Shown piece by piece: positions 26,337 through 35,874 of a DNA stretch of 64,000 nucleotides. The stretch covers positions 27,708 to 91,707 of the forward strand of contig CBDUQW010000002.1 of assembly GCA_965369625.1 (NCBI GenBank), given 5' to 3'. The translations under genes were made by a program, and so were the position numbers. The notes under the pieces are model-generated. The model did no database searches. It was not told the DNA's origin and worked only from the letters and a program-made list of their open reading frames with translations. The stretch is from an uncultured Thermoplasmata archaeon. GTDB lineage: Archaea; Thermoplasmatota; DTKX01; GCA-020343715. Position 1 is the first letter of the stretch. The number at the start of each line of letters is the position of its first letter.

Positions 26337-29300
26337 GGTCCACCCCCTTCCTTCCCAGGTAGTAGCCGAGGAGCGGCATGGCGATGAGCAGGACGATGAT
26401 GTAGGGAGGGATCTCCTCGGCGACCCTCTCCTCCGGCTCGTGCTCGATCTCCCGCTCCTTGACCCTGATGTCGAGGTACGTCTCCTTCTTGTACGTCCCG
26501 TCCCACACGGTGATGGTTATCCTGTGGTGACCCACCGGGAGGTCGTTGATATGGAAACTGGCGATGTCCGTTGTCTTGATGGACATCAGCTGGCCTGTGA
26601 CGTTGGAGGTCCAGGTCACCCACAGCTCCTCGCCCCAGACCAGGTCCGGGTCGTTCACCTTCACGGTGAAGGGGATGCTGTCCAGCTCCTTGTGGACCGA
26701 CCTGTTCCAGGGGGAGTACACCTCTATGGGTCCGGGTGGGTCGCACACGTTGTTGACGAGGATGGTGATCTCGGCGACGGTGATGGCCCGTCTCTTGTCC
26801 TCCACCTCGAGGCGCGCGTGGAACTGGCCGAACCTCTCCTGCCTCGTCGTGACGCGGATGCTCCCGTTGGAGAACAGCCTGATGCCCCTCCAGCTGGAGT
26901 AGAGCGACATGGTCATGTCATCGCCATCGGGGTCGAGCAGTTCGATCTCGAACCACCTCACCGTCCCCTCGTCCACCTGGAGGGTGACGGGAGGGGGAAG
27001 GCCGCCGATGGACACCACCTCGGGGGGTTCGTTGACGTCCCACACGACGACGGGGAGCTTGAACAGCTTGCTGGTATAACCGTCGGAGAGGCTGAACTTG
27101 ACCCACCGGATGTCGCTGGGCTCGTCGAAATAGAGGGTCATGGTCAGGTTCTCGATGTTCCGAACGGCCGGGTCGCCGGTGGTCATCGTGAGGTTCTCGA
27201 GCTCGGTGTCGACGTCGGTGATGAAGGGAGCAAGGTCCACGACGGTCTCGGTCATCTCGTTGATGTAGAGGGGCTCGAACATGTGGAAGGTCGGGGGCGC
27301 GTTGTCGAACCCGAAGTTGTTGATGATGGATTCCGGCCCCAAGTGCCCCGGGGGCTCGGAGTAGATGGCCCTCACCCTGACGTAGTACGAACCAAAGGAC
27401 AGGCCCGTGACCTCCGCCCAAGGGTCCGTGGTCGTGATAGAGAATTCGACGCGGTCGAACGTCGGGTAGTCATCGACCTCGACCAAGTACGCGGAAATGG
27501 GACCATGGAGGGTGGAATCGTGTACGTCGACCCATCTGCATACGGGGAGCGAGTAGGTAAGCGTGCCATGCTGTGGCCATGTGATCAGCGGTCTGCTCAT
27601 CGGGATGTGGAGGACGGTGGACCCGTACTGTCCACTGCGGTGGGCCGAATCGCCGCACAGCGGGTCATAGGGCGGCTCAACACCATCCGACCCGGGTTCA
27701 CCAGGATGGGCGAAGAGGCTCGAGCTCCTGGTGATGGTGGGCAATGGGCTGTAGCAGATGACGCTGGCGTCACCACCATCGCCGATGTGACCCACCAGGT
27801 CACCACTGGAACCGGGGTTCCCGTATGCAGTGCCGGTGGTTTCCGTGCCCGCTCCCCCTCCGCCGGAGTATCCTGCGCCTCCACCGCCGCCCTTGGGCCC
27901 ATCGTCGGTACCCTCCTTGCCCTCGCCGGCGTCACCCTGGTCGCCTCCATGACCGGCGAACGCTGAAAGGTTGCAATCGAAGACCAGGGCGTAGTAAGAG
28001 ACGAGGACCACGGTCGCGTCACCTCCCGCCCCCAGGTTGCGCTTGACATCGCCCCCGTCACCACCATCGGACCCGGACCCATCGGTTCCCGCCGTACCCT
28101 GACGGCCTCCGCCTCCGCCACTATATCCGCCACCCCCGCCTCCTGCAGGACCCAGGGCATCGCCGCCATCGCCCGCGCTGCCGCCAGCGCCACCCGTCGA
28201 GGACAGGTAACTGGCGTTCAGGAGGACCGAGGACCACAGGGTGATGTTGATCAGGGCGTCGCCCCCGGAGCCAACGTCGCCGTGGACGTTCCCTCCGTCC
28301 CCGCCGGGGGACGAGATGGTGCCTCCACCGCCTCCAGTGTACCCTCCGCCGCCACCCCCTGCGTTGGAGGCGCTGGTCGCGCCGTCACCGGCATCGCCGC
28401 CCTTGCCTCCGGTGACATCGATGGTGGTCCTCGAGATGGTCGCGACCATGCCACGGACCAGGGCCGTTGCGTCGCCGCCGGTGCCCACCTCCCCCGACAC
28501 GTTGCCGCCGTTCCCGGCCGCGTTGGATGGGTGGTACCTCGTACCCCCATCGCCGCCGGAGTAGCCGCCGCCACCGCTTCCGTAGAAGTTCTGGGAGGGA
28601 TCGATGTCCCCGCCATCGCCCGCGTCCCCCGCCTTGCCGCCGACCAGCTCCACGAGGGTGTCCATCACGGTCAATGACCGGGCCCGCAGTACGAGTTCGG
28701 CGTCTCCGCCACTGCCCACGGTGCCCGACACGTCACCGCCCCTGGTGTAGCCCCCACCGCGACCTGCGGTCTCGGGAGCCATCGGCGGCTGCCCGTCCGG
28801 TGCCTTGCCGCCGTCGCCCCCCTTGACCCTGATGGAGGACGACTTGATCTCAAGGACCGGGTCGTAGGCGGTGACGTTGATGGACATCTCGGCGTCGCCT
28901 CCCGCGAAGGCGTCACCACCCAGGTCCCCGACGGTCATGGGATAGCCGGGCGAGAGGCCGTTCCCGCCGGTTATCTCGACCGTGGAACCCTTTACCCTCG
29001 CCGAGATGTACACGACCACGTCGATACGTGCCTTCCCGCCCCTGCTGTGGGGGACGTCATAGACGCCATCCGTCCCCGAGATGGTCACCCGGGACCCTCC
29101 GAGCAAGTCGAACCGGTTGCACTCGCCGAAGATCCCGACCTCGGAGGCGTAGGACCGGTCCGAGATGGCGAGGGTGGCCCTGCGCACCTCCAACGAGGAG
29201 GAGCCCTCGAGGTGGATAGAGCGGGTCTCCAGGACGGCACCGTTCATCACGAGGAGCCGCGCGCCGGAGCGGACGGTGACGTCCCTCCATACCTCGTGTC

Positions 29301-29478
29301 CCGTGACCTTGTAGGTGCCATCCACGTAGAGGGTGGCGTCGGGGTCGCCCCCGATCCCCTGGGCCTCGACGGCGACATCTTCGAGCAATATTTGTAACGA
29401 TGAGAGAAGGAACAGGAGAAGAATCAACACTACTGGAATGCAAACCCCCTTTCGCATCAAGGTTACTAGGCCCCACAT
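26326..29478 (-). CDS. Paralog A of the giant Gly/Asp-repeat surface protein family (1050 aa). First gene of the four-gene array.
   Basis: Signal peptide MWGLVTLMRKGVCIPVVLILLLFLLSSLQ (an alternative start is M8 at 29457). Gly-rich repeats (GGDAGDGG, GGGGYSGGDGG, VGSGGDA). SYYVRVRAIYSEPPGHLGPE is Fn3-like. C-terminal TM IIVLLIAMPLLGYYLG. Confidence 0.8.
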   Translation of the reverse strand: MWGLVTLMRKGVCIPVVLILLLFLLSSLQILLEDVAVEAQGIGGDPDATLYVDGTYKVTGHEVWRDVTVRSGARLLVMNGAVLETRSIHLEGSSSLEVRRATLAISDRSYASEVGIFGECNRFDLLGGSRVTISGTDGVYDVPHSRGGKARIDVVVYISARVKGSTVEITGGNGLSPGYPMTVGDLGGDAFAGGDAEMSINVTAYDPVLEIKSSSIRVKGGDGGKAPDGQPPMAPETAGRGGGYTRGGDVSGTVGSGGDAELVLRARSLTVMDTLVELVGGKAGDAGDGGDIDPSQNFYGSGGGGYSGGDGGTRYHPSNAAGNGGNVSGEVGTGGDATALVRGMVATISRTTIDVTGGKGGDAGDGATSASNAGGGGGGYTGGGGGTISSPGGDGGNVHGDVGSGGDALINITLWSSVLLNASYLSSTGGAGGSAGDGGDALGPAGGGGGGYSGGGGGRQGTAGTDGSGSDGGDGGDVKRNLGAGGDATVVLVSYYALVFDCNLSAFAGHGGDQGDAGEGKEGTDDGPKGGGGGAGYSGGGGAGTETTGTAYGNPGSSGDLVGHIGDGGDASVICYSPLPTITRSSSLFAHPGEPGSDGVEPPYDPLCGDSAHRSGQYGSTVLHIPMSRPLITWPQHGTLTYSLPVCRWVDVHDSTLHGPISAYLVEVDDYPTFDRVEFSITTTDPWAEVTGLSFGSYYVRVRAIYSEPPGHLGPESIINNFGFDNAPPTFHMFEPLYINEMTETVVDLAPFITDVDTELENLTMTTGDPAVRNIENLTMTLYFDEPSDIRWVKFSLSDGYTSKLFKLPVVVWDVNEPPEVVSIGGLPPPVTLQVDEGTVRWFEIELLDPDGDDMTMSLYSSWRGIRLFSNGSIRVTTRQERFGQFHARLEVEDKRRAITVAEITILVNNVCDPPGPIEVYSPWNRSVHKELDSIPFTVKVNDPDLVWGEELWVTWTSNVTGQLMSIKTTDIASFHINDLPVGHHRITITVWDGTYKKETYLDIRVKEREIEHEPEERVAEEIPPYIIVLLIAMPLLGYYLGRKGVDHAD

Positions 29479-29490
29479 GATTTATAAGGG

Positions 29491-29499
29491 CTGCGAATG
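29491..29499. promoter_or_regulatory. Near-palindromic TATA element (gatttataaggg) in the divergent intergenic region between the surface-protein array (minus) and the ferredoxin-AOR operon (plus).
   Basis: TTTATAA motif 13-35 nt from the minus-strand start codons (leaderless-type spacing) and 80 nt upstream of the plus-strand ATG at 29578. Confidence 0.35.
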
Positions 29500-29577
29500 A
29501 GGACATCAGCGGCGAAGGTCCGGTCCGTCCGTGAGGTTCTTTAGCCCTTCCCGCCATTCGGTACGCGGTCGGTCCCC

Positions 29578-30036
29578 ATGGTGAAGGTCCTCGTTCCCGT
29601 CCCCGAGAGGTGCTCCGGATGCGGCCTGTGCGAGATGGTGTGCACCATCACCCACGGTCACGGCCTCGCCCCGACGCGGTCGAACCTCCGTCTCGAGAAG
29701 CGCTGCATAGACCTGGACCTGGTGGTGGTGTGCTCCCACGGCGAGGGTTGCGAGCTGGAGTGCATCGAGGCCTGCCCCGCCGACGCCATCAGCGTGGGCA
29801 GGACGGGGGCCGTCCTCATCGACTACAACGATTGCATAGCCTGCGGCTCGTGCGGCCGGGCCTGTCCCTTCCACGTGATCTGGTCCGACGAGGGCGAGAA
29901 GGCATGGAAGTGCGACCTGTGCGGCGGCGACCCCGCCTGCGTCAGGTACTGCAAGCTGGAGGCCCTGGAGTACAGGGAGGCCACGTGGAAGGACTTCGAG
30001 CTCATCCGCTCCCACGTCGAGGAGGTGTGCGAGTGA
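29578..30036 (+). CDS. 2x[4Fe-4S] ferredoxin-domain protein (152 aa). Putative electron-transfer partner of AOR.
   Basis: Cys motifs CSGCGLCEMVC, CIEACPADAI, CIACGSCGRACP and CDLCGGDPACVRYC. Its stop overlaps the AOR start (GTGA). Confidence 0.8.
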   Translation: MVKVLVPVPERCSGCGLCEMVCTITHGHGLAPTRSNLRLEKRCIDLDLVVVCSHGEGCELECIEACPADAISVGRTGAVLIDYNDCIACGSCGRACPFHVIWSDEGEKAWKCDLCGGDPACVRYCKLEALEYREATWKDFELIRSHVEEVCE

Positions 30037-31877
30037 AGGGCTACGGCGGCACCGTCCTCCACGTGGACGTGACCACCGGGGAGGTGGAAAGGCGGCCCCT
30101 CGACCCCGAGGAGGCCCGGCTGTGGCTGGGAGGGGCCGGCCTGGGGGCCTACCTGGTCTACACCAACGTCCCCCGGGGCGCCGACCCCCTGGGGCCCGAC
30201 AACGCCCTGGTGTTCACCCCCGGCCTGGTCAACGGGGTACCCCTCATCACCCCGGGCAAGTGCACCTTCTCCGCCCGCAGCCCCCTCACGGGCACCATCG
30301 GCGACGCCACCATGGGCGGCCGCCTCGGCGTGGCGACCCGGCACGCCGGCTACGACGCCATCGTCGTCAAGGGCCGGTCGGTCAAGCCCGTGACCATCGT
30401 GGTGGACGACGACGAGGTCACCCTCCGGCCCAGCTCGGACCTGTGGGGCCTGGACACCCGGCAGGCGTCCGAGGACCTGCGGCGGGAGCTGGGCCACGAG
30501 TTCGCGGTGGCCACCATCGGCGTGGGCGGCGAGAACCTGGTCAAGTACGCCTGCATCGACTGCGACGACCGGCAGTCGGGGCGCGGCGGCATCGGTGCCG
30601 TGATGGGCTCCAAGCTGGTCAAGGCCATCGCCGTCCGGGGCACCAAGCGCCTCCGCATCGCCCACGAGGACGAGCTGCCCGGCCTGCTGGAGAGCAACCA
30701 CGAGAAGCTGGCGGGGGACCCAGGATGGGACGACACGCGCAAGCACGGCACCGGCGGCTTCACCAACTGGGTCAACGAGGAGCGGGGCACCTTCCCCACC
30801 CGCAACTGGCAGGAGTCGGTGTACGAGGACCGGGACCGCATCGTCCCCCAGCACTGGGCGCCCAAGTACGGCGTGCGCAGCAAGGCATGCCACGGCTGCA
30901 TGAAGCCCTGCGGCAAGCTGTTGCGCATCGAGGATGGCCCCTACGAGGGCACCGTGGTGGACGGCGTGGAGTACGAGACCATCTACTCCCTGGGGGGCGT
31001 GATCTGCAACCCCGACCCCGAGCTGCTGGCCCACCTGAACGAGCTCTGCGACGTGTACGGACTGGACACCATCTCCGCCGGCGTCGTCATCGCCTGGGCC
31101 ATGGAGGCGACGGAGCGGGACCTCCTCACGAAGTTCGACCTGGGAGGCCTGGACGTGGGCTTCCACAACCCCGCCTGCGCCCCCGAGCTGCTCCGTCGCA
31201 TCGCCCACCGCGAGGGCATCGGCGACCTCCTCGCCGAGGGCGTCGCCAAGGCATCGGCCATCGTGGGCCAGGGCTCGGAGGAGTTCGCCATCCACGTCAA
31301 GGGGCTGGAGCCCCCCGCCTACGACGTGCGGGGCATGAAGACCCTGGCCCTGGGCTTCGCCGTCAGCTCCCGGGGCGCCTGCCACCTGAAGTCCGGCGGT
31401 TACCTGGTCGACCTGATGGGCAAGTTCGGACCCTTCAAGGACGTGGACCGGTTCTCCGCCGAGGGCCGGGGCGAGATGGTGATGTACCTCGAGGACCTGT
31501 TCGCCTACTACGACTGCATCGGCGTGTGCAAGTTCTCCCGCCGCATGTACGGGAACGAGGACCTGGCCGACGCCGCCCGCCTGGTGACGGGACGCCAGCT
31601 GACGGAGGAGGAGATGTTCCGCATCGGCGAGAGGGTGACCAACCTGCGCCGGCTGTTCAACTGCCGCGAGGGCTTCACCCGGGCGGACGACAGGCTGCCC
31701 CACCGCGTCATGAACGAGCCCGTCAAGGATGGCCCCTCCAAGGGGCACATGGTGACCGAGGAGGAGCTGCAGACGATGCTGGACGACTACTACGCCCGGC
31801 GGGGCTGGGACGGGGACGGTCGACCCACCGAGGAGAAGCTGGCCCAGCTGGGCATAGCTGACATGGCGTACTGGTGA
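30033..31877 (+). CDS. aor: Tungsten-containing aldehyde:ferredoxin oxidoreductase (AOR family), 614 aa.
   Basis: N-terminus (M)KGYGGTVLHVDVTTGEVERRPL... is the classic AOR start. Conserved AOR segments (DTISAGVVIAWAME, GCMKPCGKL, GACHLKSGGYLVD, ELQTMLDDYYARRGWD). GTG start at 30033 within gaGTGa, overlapping the ferredoxin stop. Confidence 0.9.
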   Translation: MKGYGGTVLHVDVTTGEVERRPLDPEEARLWLGGAGLGAYLVYTNVPRGADPLGPDNALVFTPGLVNGVPLITPGKCTFSARSPLTGTIGDATMGGRLGVATRHAGYDAIVVKGRSVKPVTIVVDDDEVTLRPSSDLWGLDTRQASEDLRRELGHEFAVATIGVGGENLVKYACIDCDDRQSGRGGIGAVMGSKLVKAIAVRGTKRLRIAHEDELPGLLESNHEKLAGDPGWDDTRKHGTGGFTNWVNEERGTFPTRNWQESVYEDRDRIVPQHWAPKYGVRSKACHGCMKPCGKLLRIEDGPYEGTVVDGVEYETIYSLGGVICNPDPELLAHLNELCDVYGLDTISAGVVIAWAMEATERDLLTKFDLGGLDVGFHNPACAPELLRRIAHREGIGDLLAEGVAKASAIVGQGSEEFAIHVKGLEPPAYDVRGMKTLALGFAVSSRGACHLKSGGYLVDLMGKFGPFKDVDRFSAEGRGEMVMYLEDLFAYYDCIGVCKFSRRMYGNEDLADAARLVTGRQLTEEEMFRIGERVTNLRRLFNCREGFTRADDRLPHRVMNEPVKDGPSKGHMVTEEELQTMLDDYYARRGWDGDGRPTEEKLAQLGIADMAYW

Positions 31878-31898
31878 GGAAAGGGTCCGTCGGCCCGC

Positions 31899-34800
31899 TC
31901 AGTCCACGGCGGTGGGCACTGTGGAGGGCGGCGCGTCGGTGGCGTACACCCGGCTCTTCCTGCGGGTCCGGTCCACCTTGATGAGTTTGCCCTCCTCCAT
32001 GATCTTGATGTGGTAGTTGATGACCTGGGAGCTGGCGCCGATGCGCTTGGCGATGTCCTTCTGGGAGAGGCCCTGGTTGTTCTTGACGATGGTCAGGATG
32101 ACCTCCTGGAAGGAGCTGATGTTGTGCTGGGTGCGGGGCAGCTTCATGTCCGCCGGGTAGAACCGCTTGTAGATGCCGTCCATCCGGGACCGGACGTAGC
32201 CCTCCCGCTCGAGGACGCGGAGGTGGTACGACAGCGCGCCGTTGGTCACGTCCAGCTGGTCCTTGATGGCGTTGTAGTGCTCCCCCGGATTCGCGATTAT
32301 GTAACCATGGATCTTACCACGCAGGTAGTGGTCCAGGACCCGGTCCTTCTTGATCTTGGTGTAAAGGGGGAGGAAGATGACGGTGAGGAAGGCGTACCTG
32401 CCCACCTCGGTCCCGCCCACCAGGCCGAGGATGGAGACGGTGATCACGGCGGCCACCGAGACATGCACCACGGCGGGCGGGATGGCCTGGTCGGGGGCGC
32501 CGTCCACGTACACGTGGCGCTTGACCAGGTTGTTCGCCTCGTTCCGCTCGCGGATCTCATCCGCTGGGTCCACCTGCAGCACCAGCGTCCTTCTGCCCTG
32601 GTTCGGGACCATGTACAGGACGACCTCCAGCTGTCCCATGCGGGGCACGATGGACAGGGTGTCCCGGTCCATGACGGTGGAGCCGTCCTTGAGGACCACG
32701 GTGACGTCCTCGGCGTCGGCCATGCCCAGGTTGAAGACGGTGGCGCGCACGGTCAAGGGCGTCCCCTCGTGGGGCTCGTAGGGGAGGATGGTGAAATCGA
32801 CGACGGCCAGGTCGGGGAACCGCAATCTCACGTAGAGGATCTGTCGGAGGATCTGGCCTCCCTGCTCGCTCCACAGGACCATGTCGATAGCGTGGTCGCC
32901 GTCGGCGCCGGCGGGCACCTTGAGGGCGAGCCGGGCGGACCGGACGCCGCCCATCTCCATCGGGAACGTGACCGTGGGCTCACCATCGGCGTCCTGGAAG
33001 GAGTAGTCCCAGCCGTAGGGCAGTCCCTCCAGGGCGAGGCGCGCCGTCCCTGCGGAGTTGCCCACGCTGTGCATCTCGAAGGGGAAGGTCACCGTCGCGG
33101 GTGGCGTCAGCGTCCTGGTGGTCTCCTCGATCACCAGGTCCACGTCGAACACCTGGGGCACGTGGACGTCGCACCACGAGCTGTAGTAGCCGATGGAGCC
33201 GCGCACCTGCACGGCCACGGGAACCCTTCCAGGCATGGTGTCCCTGGGGGCCGTTATCGTCACCTCGAGGGTGCGGCTCTCCCCCGGACCGAGGATGATG
33301 GGGCCGGTGACACCGGCGGCCTTCGCCCTCCATCCCTCGGGAAGGCCCAGGAACGAGATGGACAACCGCTCGAAGGAGTTGCCATTGTTGTTCAGCACGA
33401 GGTCTGTCACCGCGGTGCCGTCCATGAGGGGCACGGACATGGGCATGAACAGCCCCTCGTACTCCACCTTCAACCCCACGGTGGCGGTGAAGTACTCCAC
33501 GGCCAGGGTGGGTCCCTCCTCGCTGGCGGCCACGACCATGATCCTCGCGGGGGTCTGGTAGGGCACCCCCTCGGGGGCCGTCACCCATACCAGCACGGGG
33601 GCCTGGGAGCCCGGGGTCAGCACGAGGGAGGGCTCGCTCACCTCGACGGTCCAGCCCTCCTTGTTGGGCTGGGCGTACATCCTCACCGTCACCGGCTCGT
33701 TGCCGGTGTTCCTGACCATCGCCTCGAGGCTGGTGGGAGCGGTGGGCGATATCTCCAGCTTGCCCTCGCCCAGGTCCAGGGCTACGCCGGCGTGCGGGAC
33801 CACGACGGCGGGCAGGCTCGTCCCAGCGCCCTCATCGCCGTCCTCGGTGTGGCCGATGACCTTGATGACGGCCTCTGTCCCGGCGGCGGCGCCCTCGGGG
33901 GCCGTCACCTTCACCTCGACGTCGACGGTCTCGCCGGCGGGGAGGTTGACGGGGGCGGGCGCCTCGGCGGACCAGCCGCGGGGCACCTCCACCTCGACGG
34001 TCACCGTCTCGTCGGTGTCGGACCAGCTCTCCAGGGTCAGCGTCACGGACACGGGGTCGCCCGGCAGAGCCGACAGGGGCTCGTCAGGGCCCCTGACGAT
34101 GAAGGGATGGTGCTCGGGCACCTGGACCGGGATGTCGATGCTGGAGACCGCCTCGGGCCAGCCCTCGGGGTGGGCCGTGACGGTCACGGTGTCCCGGGCG
34201 CCCGTGGTGGCGGTCATGGAGGCGATGATGCGTACGGTGACGAGGGCGGAATCCCCGCCCTCCATCTCGATGAGGTCGTCCCCGAGTATCTCGGCGCCGA
34301 AGGGGGTCTCCAGGCCATCGGCGATGCCCAGCTGGACCCTGTGGGGATACCCCACCTTGCTCTCGACCAGCACCGTGGTCTCCAAGGTGGTGCCCGCCCG
34401 GAGCAGCACGGGCTCCAGGGGGTCGATGGACGCGGGCCTTCGCATCATGGTGTCGGTGGCCCTGTCGATGATCCAGAAGCGAACGGAAAGGTCGGGATCC
34501 CAAGAGGAAACCGCGTGGGCAGTCCTAGAGTGATCCGCGTGGGCCATATAGGTCTGACCCCTTCCATCGGTGGTGGTGGAAGCTGACTGGATAGGAGGAA
34601 TATACTCGTGTATTACGATGAAAGGGAAGGTGCCCTCGAGCTTGCCCTCGGGTGTGGCATAGATCGGAGCGTGTACGAATTTGAAGGTGCCCACAGCCAG
34701 GTAACCACCGTTTAGCACAGTGGCCAGGTCGGATGCCCTCACGGAGTTCAGTATGCCGCCCGAGCCCTCGTAGTCGGTGATGTTAACCACCTCTCCGATA

Positions 34801-35672
34801 CCGTCCTCACCCAGATCCCGCTGCCAGACGTTCGATGCGGATGAGGGTCCGTCTACCCACACGGCGGTGGGGACACCGTTCGGGACGGGCAGGATGACGG
34901 GCAGCGTGCCCTCGTCGGCTCCATGGACCAGATGGATGTCGAAGCCGTCCTCGCCGTCGGGGACGGCCCAGTGGTCGCCGTCCTCCCCGATGAAGGTCAC
35001 GTGGGGCTGGCCGTCCAGGTCGAGGGCCACGTCGACCGCGGACGGGCCGTAGTCGCCGAGGATGCCGTCCACCAGCTCGGAGGTGAGGATGTTGCCGTCC
35101 CTGCTGAGGGAGACCAGCCGGACGTGGGTGCCGACCCGGTCCTTCTCCTCGACCCAGGTCATCCAGGCCGCGGCGCCGTCCTCGGAGACGGTGGCGGCTA
35201 TGGCCGGGGCCGAGGCGGTGACGTCGGTGGCACTGAACCTGTGATTGTTGGAAAGGACGTTGCCGTAGTCGTCGTAGGTCTTGTGCCAGACGGCGCCCTG
35301 GCCGTCCTCCCACACCACGTGGAGGACGCCCTTGGCGTCCATGGCGACCACGTCGACCTGGCCGTCGATGGGCTCGGGAGCGACCCGGGGCAGGTTGGAC
35401 AGCTCTACGCCGATCTTGGAGTCGGCGGTGAGGTTGAGCCGGGAGAGGTAGAGCTTGCCGTCCTCGTCCTCCCAGGTGGCCAGGGGGACGTCGTCGGGAC
35501 CGATGAACAGGGTGACGTTGGACTCGTCGCCTGGACCGTAGGTGACGTGCCATCCCATCTTGGGCTGCTCGCCATCGGCAGCGCTGGTGGACAGCGCCGC
35601 CAGTGGGGCGATGATGAAGAGGGCGACGATGACGACGGCCCACGACCGGTTCCCGGGCGGAGACAACTTCAT
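31899..35672 (-). CDS. Membrane-tethered transcriptional regulator (about 1258 aa from ATG 35672). Signal peptide, beta-propeller-like WxDxxG repeats, multiple DUF11/CARDB-like beta-sandwich domains, a TM segment, then two cytoplasmic winged-helix HTH domains (ArsR/HTH_20-like and MarR-like).
   Basis: MKLSPPGNRSWAVVIVALFIIAPLAALS is a signal peptide. W-containing repeats (WEDEDGKLYL, VVWEDGQGAVW, AAWMTWVEEKDRVG). Repeated ...VTVT..PEGW... domains. TM AIPPAVVHVSVAAVITVSILGLVGG. wHTH 1 is GEHYNAIKDQLDVTNGALSYHLRVLEREGYV. wHTH 2 is QGLSQKDIAKRIGASSQVINYHIKIMEEGKLIKV. Confidence 0.75.
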   Translation of the reverse strand: MKLSPPGNRSWAVVIVALFIIAPLAALSTSAADGEQPKMGWHVTYGPGDESNVTLFIGPDDVPLATWEDEDGKLYLSRLNLTADSKIGVELSNLPRVAPEPIDGQVDVVAMDAKGVLHVVWEDGQGAVWHKTYDDYGNVLSNNHRFSATDVTASAPAIAATVSEDGAAAWMTWVEEKDRVGTHVRLVSLSRDGNILTSELVDGILGDYGPSAVDVALDLDGQPHVTFIGEDGDHWAVPDGEDGFDIHLVHGADEGTLPVILPVPNGVPTAVWVDGPSSASNVWQRDLGEDGIGEVVNITDYEGSGGILNSVRASDLATVLNGGYLAVGTFKFVHAPIYATPEGKLEGTFPFIVIHEYIPPIQSASTTTDGRGQTYMAHADHSRTAHAVSSWDPDLSVRFWIIDRATDTMMRRPASIDPLEPVLLRAGTTLETTVLVESKVGYPHRVQLGIADGLETPFGAEILGDDLIEMEGGDSALVTVRIIASMTATTGARDTVTVTAHPEGWPEAVSSIDIPVQVPEHHPFIVRGPDEPLSALPGDPVSVTLTLESWSDTDETVTVEVEVPRGWSAEAPAPVNLPAGETVDVEVKVTAPEGAAAGTEAVIKVIGHTEDGDEGAGTSLPAVVVPHAGVALDLGEGKLEISPTAPTSLEAMVRNTGNEPVTVRMYAQPNKEGWTVEVSEPSLVLTPGSQAPVLVWVTAPEGVPYQTPARIMVVAASEEGPTLAVEYFTATVGLKVEYEGLFMPMSVPLMDGTAVTDLVLNNNGNSFERLSISFLGLPEGWRAKAAGVTGPIILGPGESRTLEVTITAPRDTMPGRVPVAVQVRGSIGYYSSWCDVHVPQVFDVDLVIEETTRTLTPPATVTFPFEMHSVGNSAGTARLALEGLPYGWDYSFQDADGEPTVTFPMEMGGVRSARLALKVPAGADGDHAIDMVLWSEQGGQILRQILYVRLRFPDLAVVDFTILPYEPHEGTPLTVRATVFNLGMADAEDVTVVLKDGSTVMDRDTLSIVPRMGQLEVVLYMVPNQGRRTLVLQVDPADEIRERNEANNLVKRHVYVDGAPDQAIPPAVVHVSVAAVITVSILGLVGGTEVGRYAFLTVIFLPLYTKIKKDRVLDHYLRGKIHGYIIANPGEHYNAIKDQLDVTNGALSYHLRVLEREGYVRSRMDGIYKRFYPADMKLPRTQHNISSFQEVILTIVKNNQGLSQKDIAKRIGASSQVINYHIKIMEEGKLIKVDRTRRKSRVYATDAPPSTVPTAVD

Positions 35673-35862
35673 GGAGACCCGACCACCTGGTTCAACCTCA
35701 CTCCTTGCATCCATTCCTGCCTGGCCCATATATACAGTCTTGTACGGTTCTTTATCGTTCCCATACGGGGTATGGGGTCCTGGCACTCGCTCACGTGGTG
35801 CCATGTGCGACCGTACGCCTTAAGGGTTGCGACGTGGTTTTCCTCGGGGCGAACCCAGTTAT

Positions 35863-35874
35863 TACCTTTTATAA
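35863..35874 (+). promoter_or_regulatory. TATA box (cttttataaagg) about 57 nt upstream of the ATG of the tandem-Roadblock membrane protein gene.
   Basis: TTTATAA in the divergent intergenic region 35673-35930. Confidence 0.4.

Noticed and set aside
29610-30032. 5' extension of the 6-frame AOR ORF (29610..31877), and the antisense ORFs 29823-31748 and 30122-31861.
   Set aside because: The AOR N-terminus (M)KGYGG begins at the GTG at 30033. The upstream part overlaps the ferredoxin gene out of frame. The others are Arg/Gly-rich shadows.
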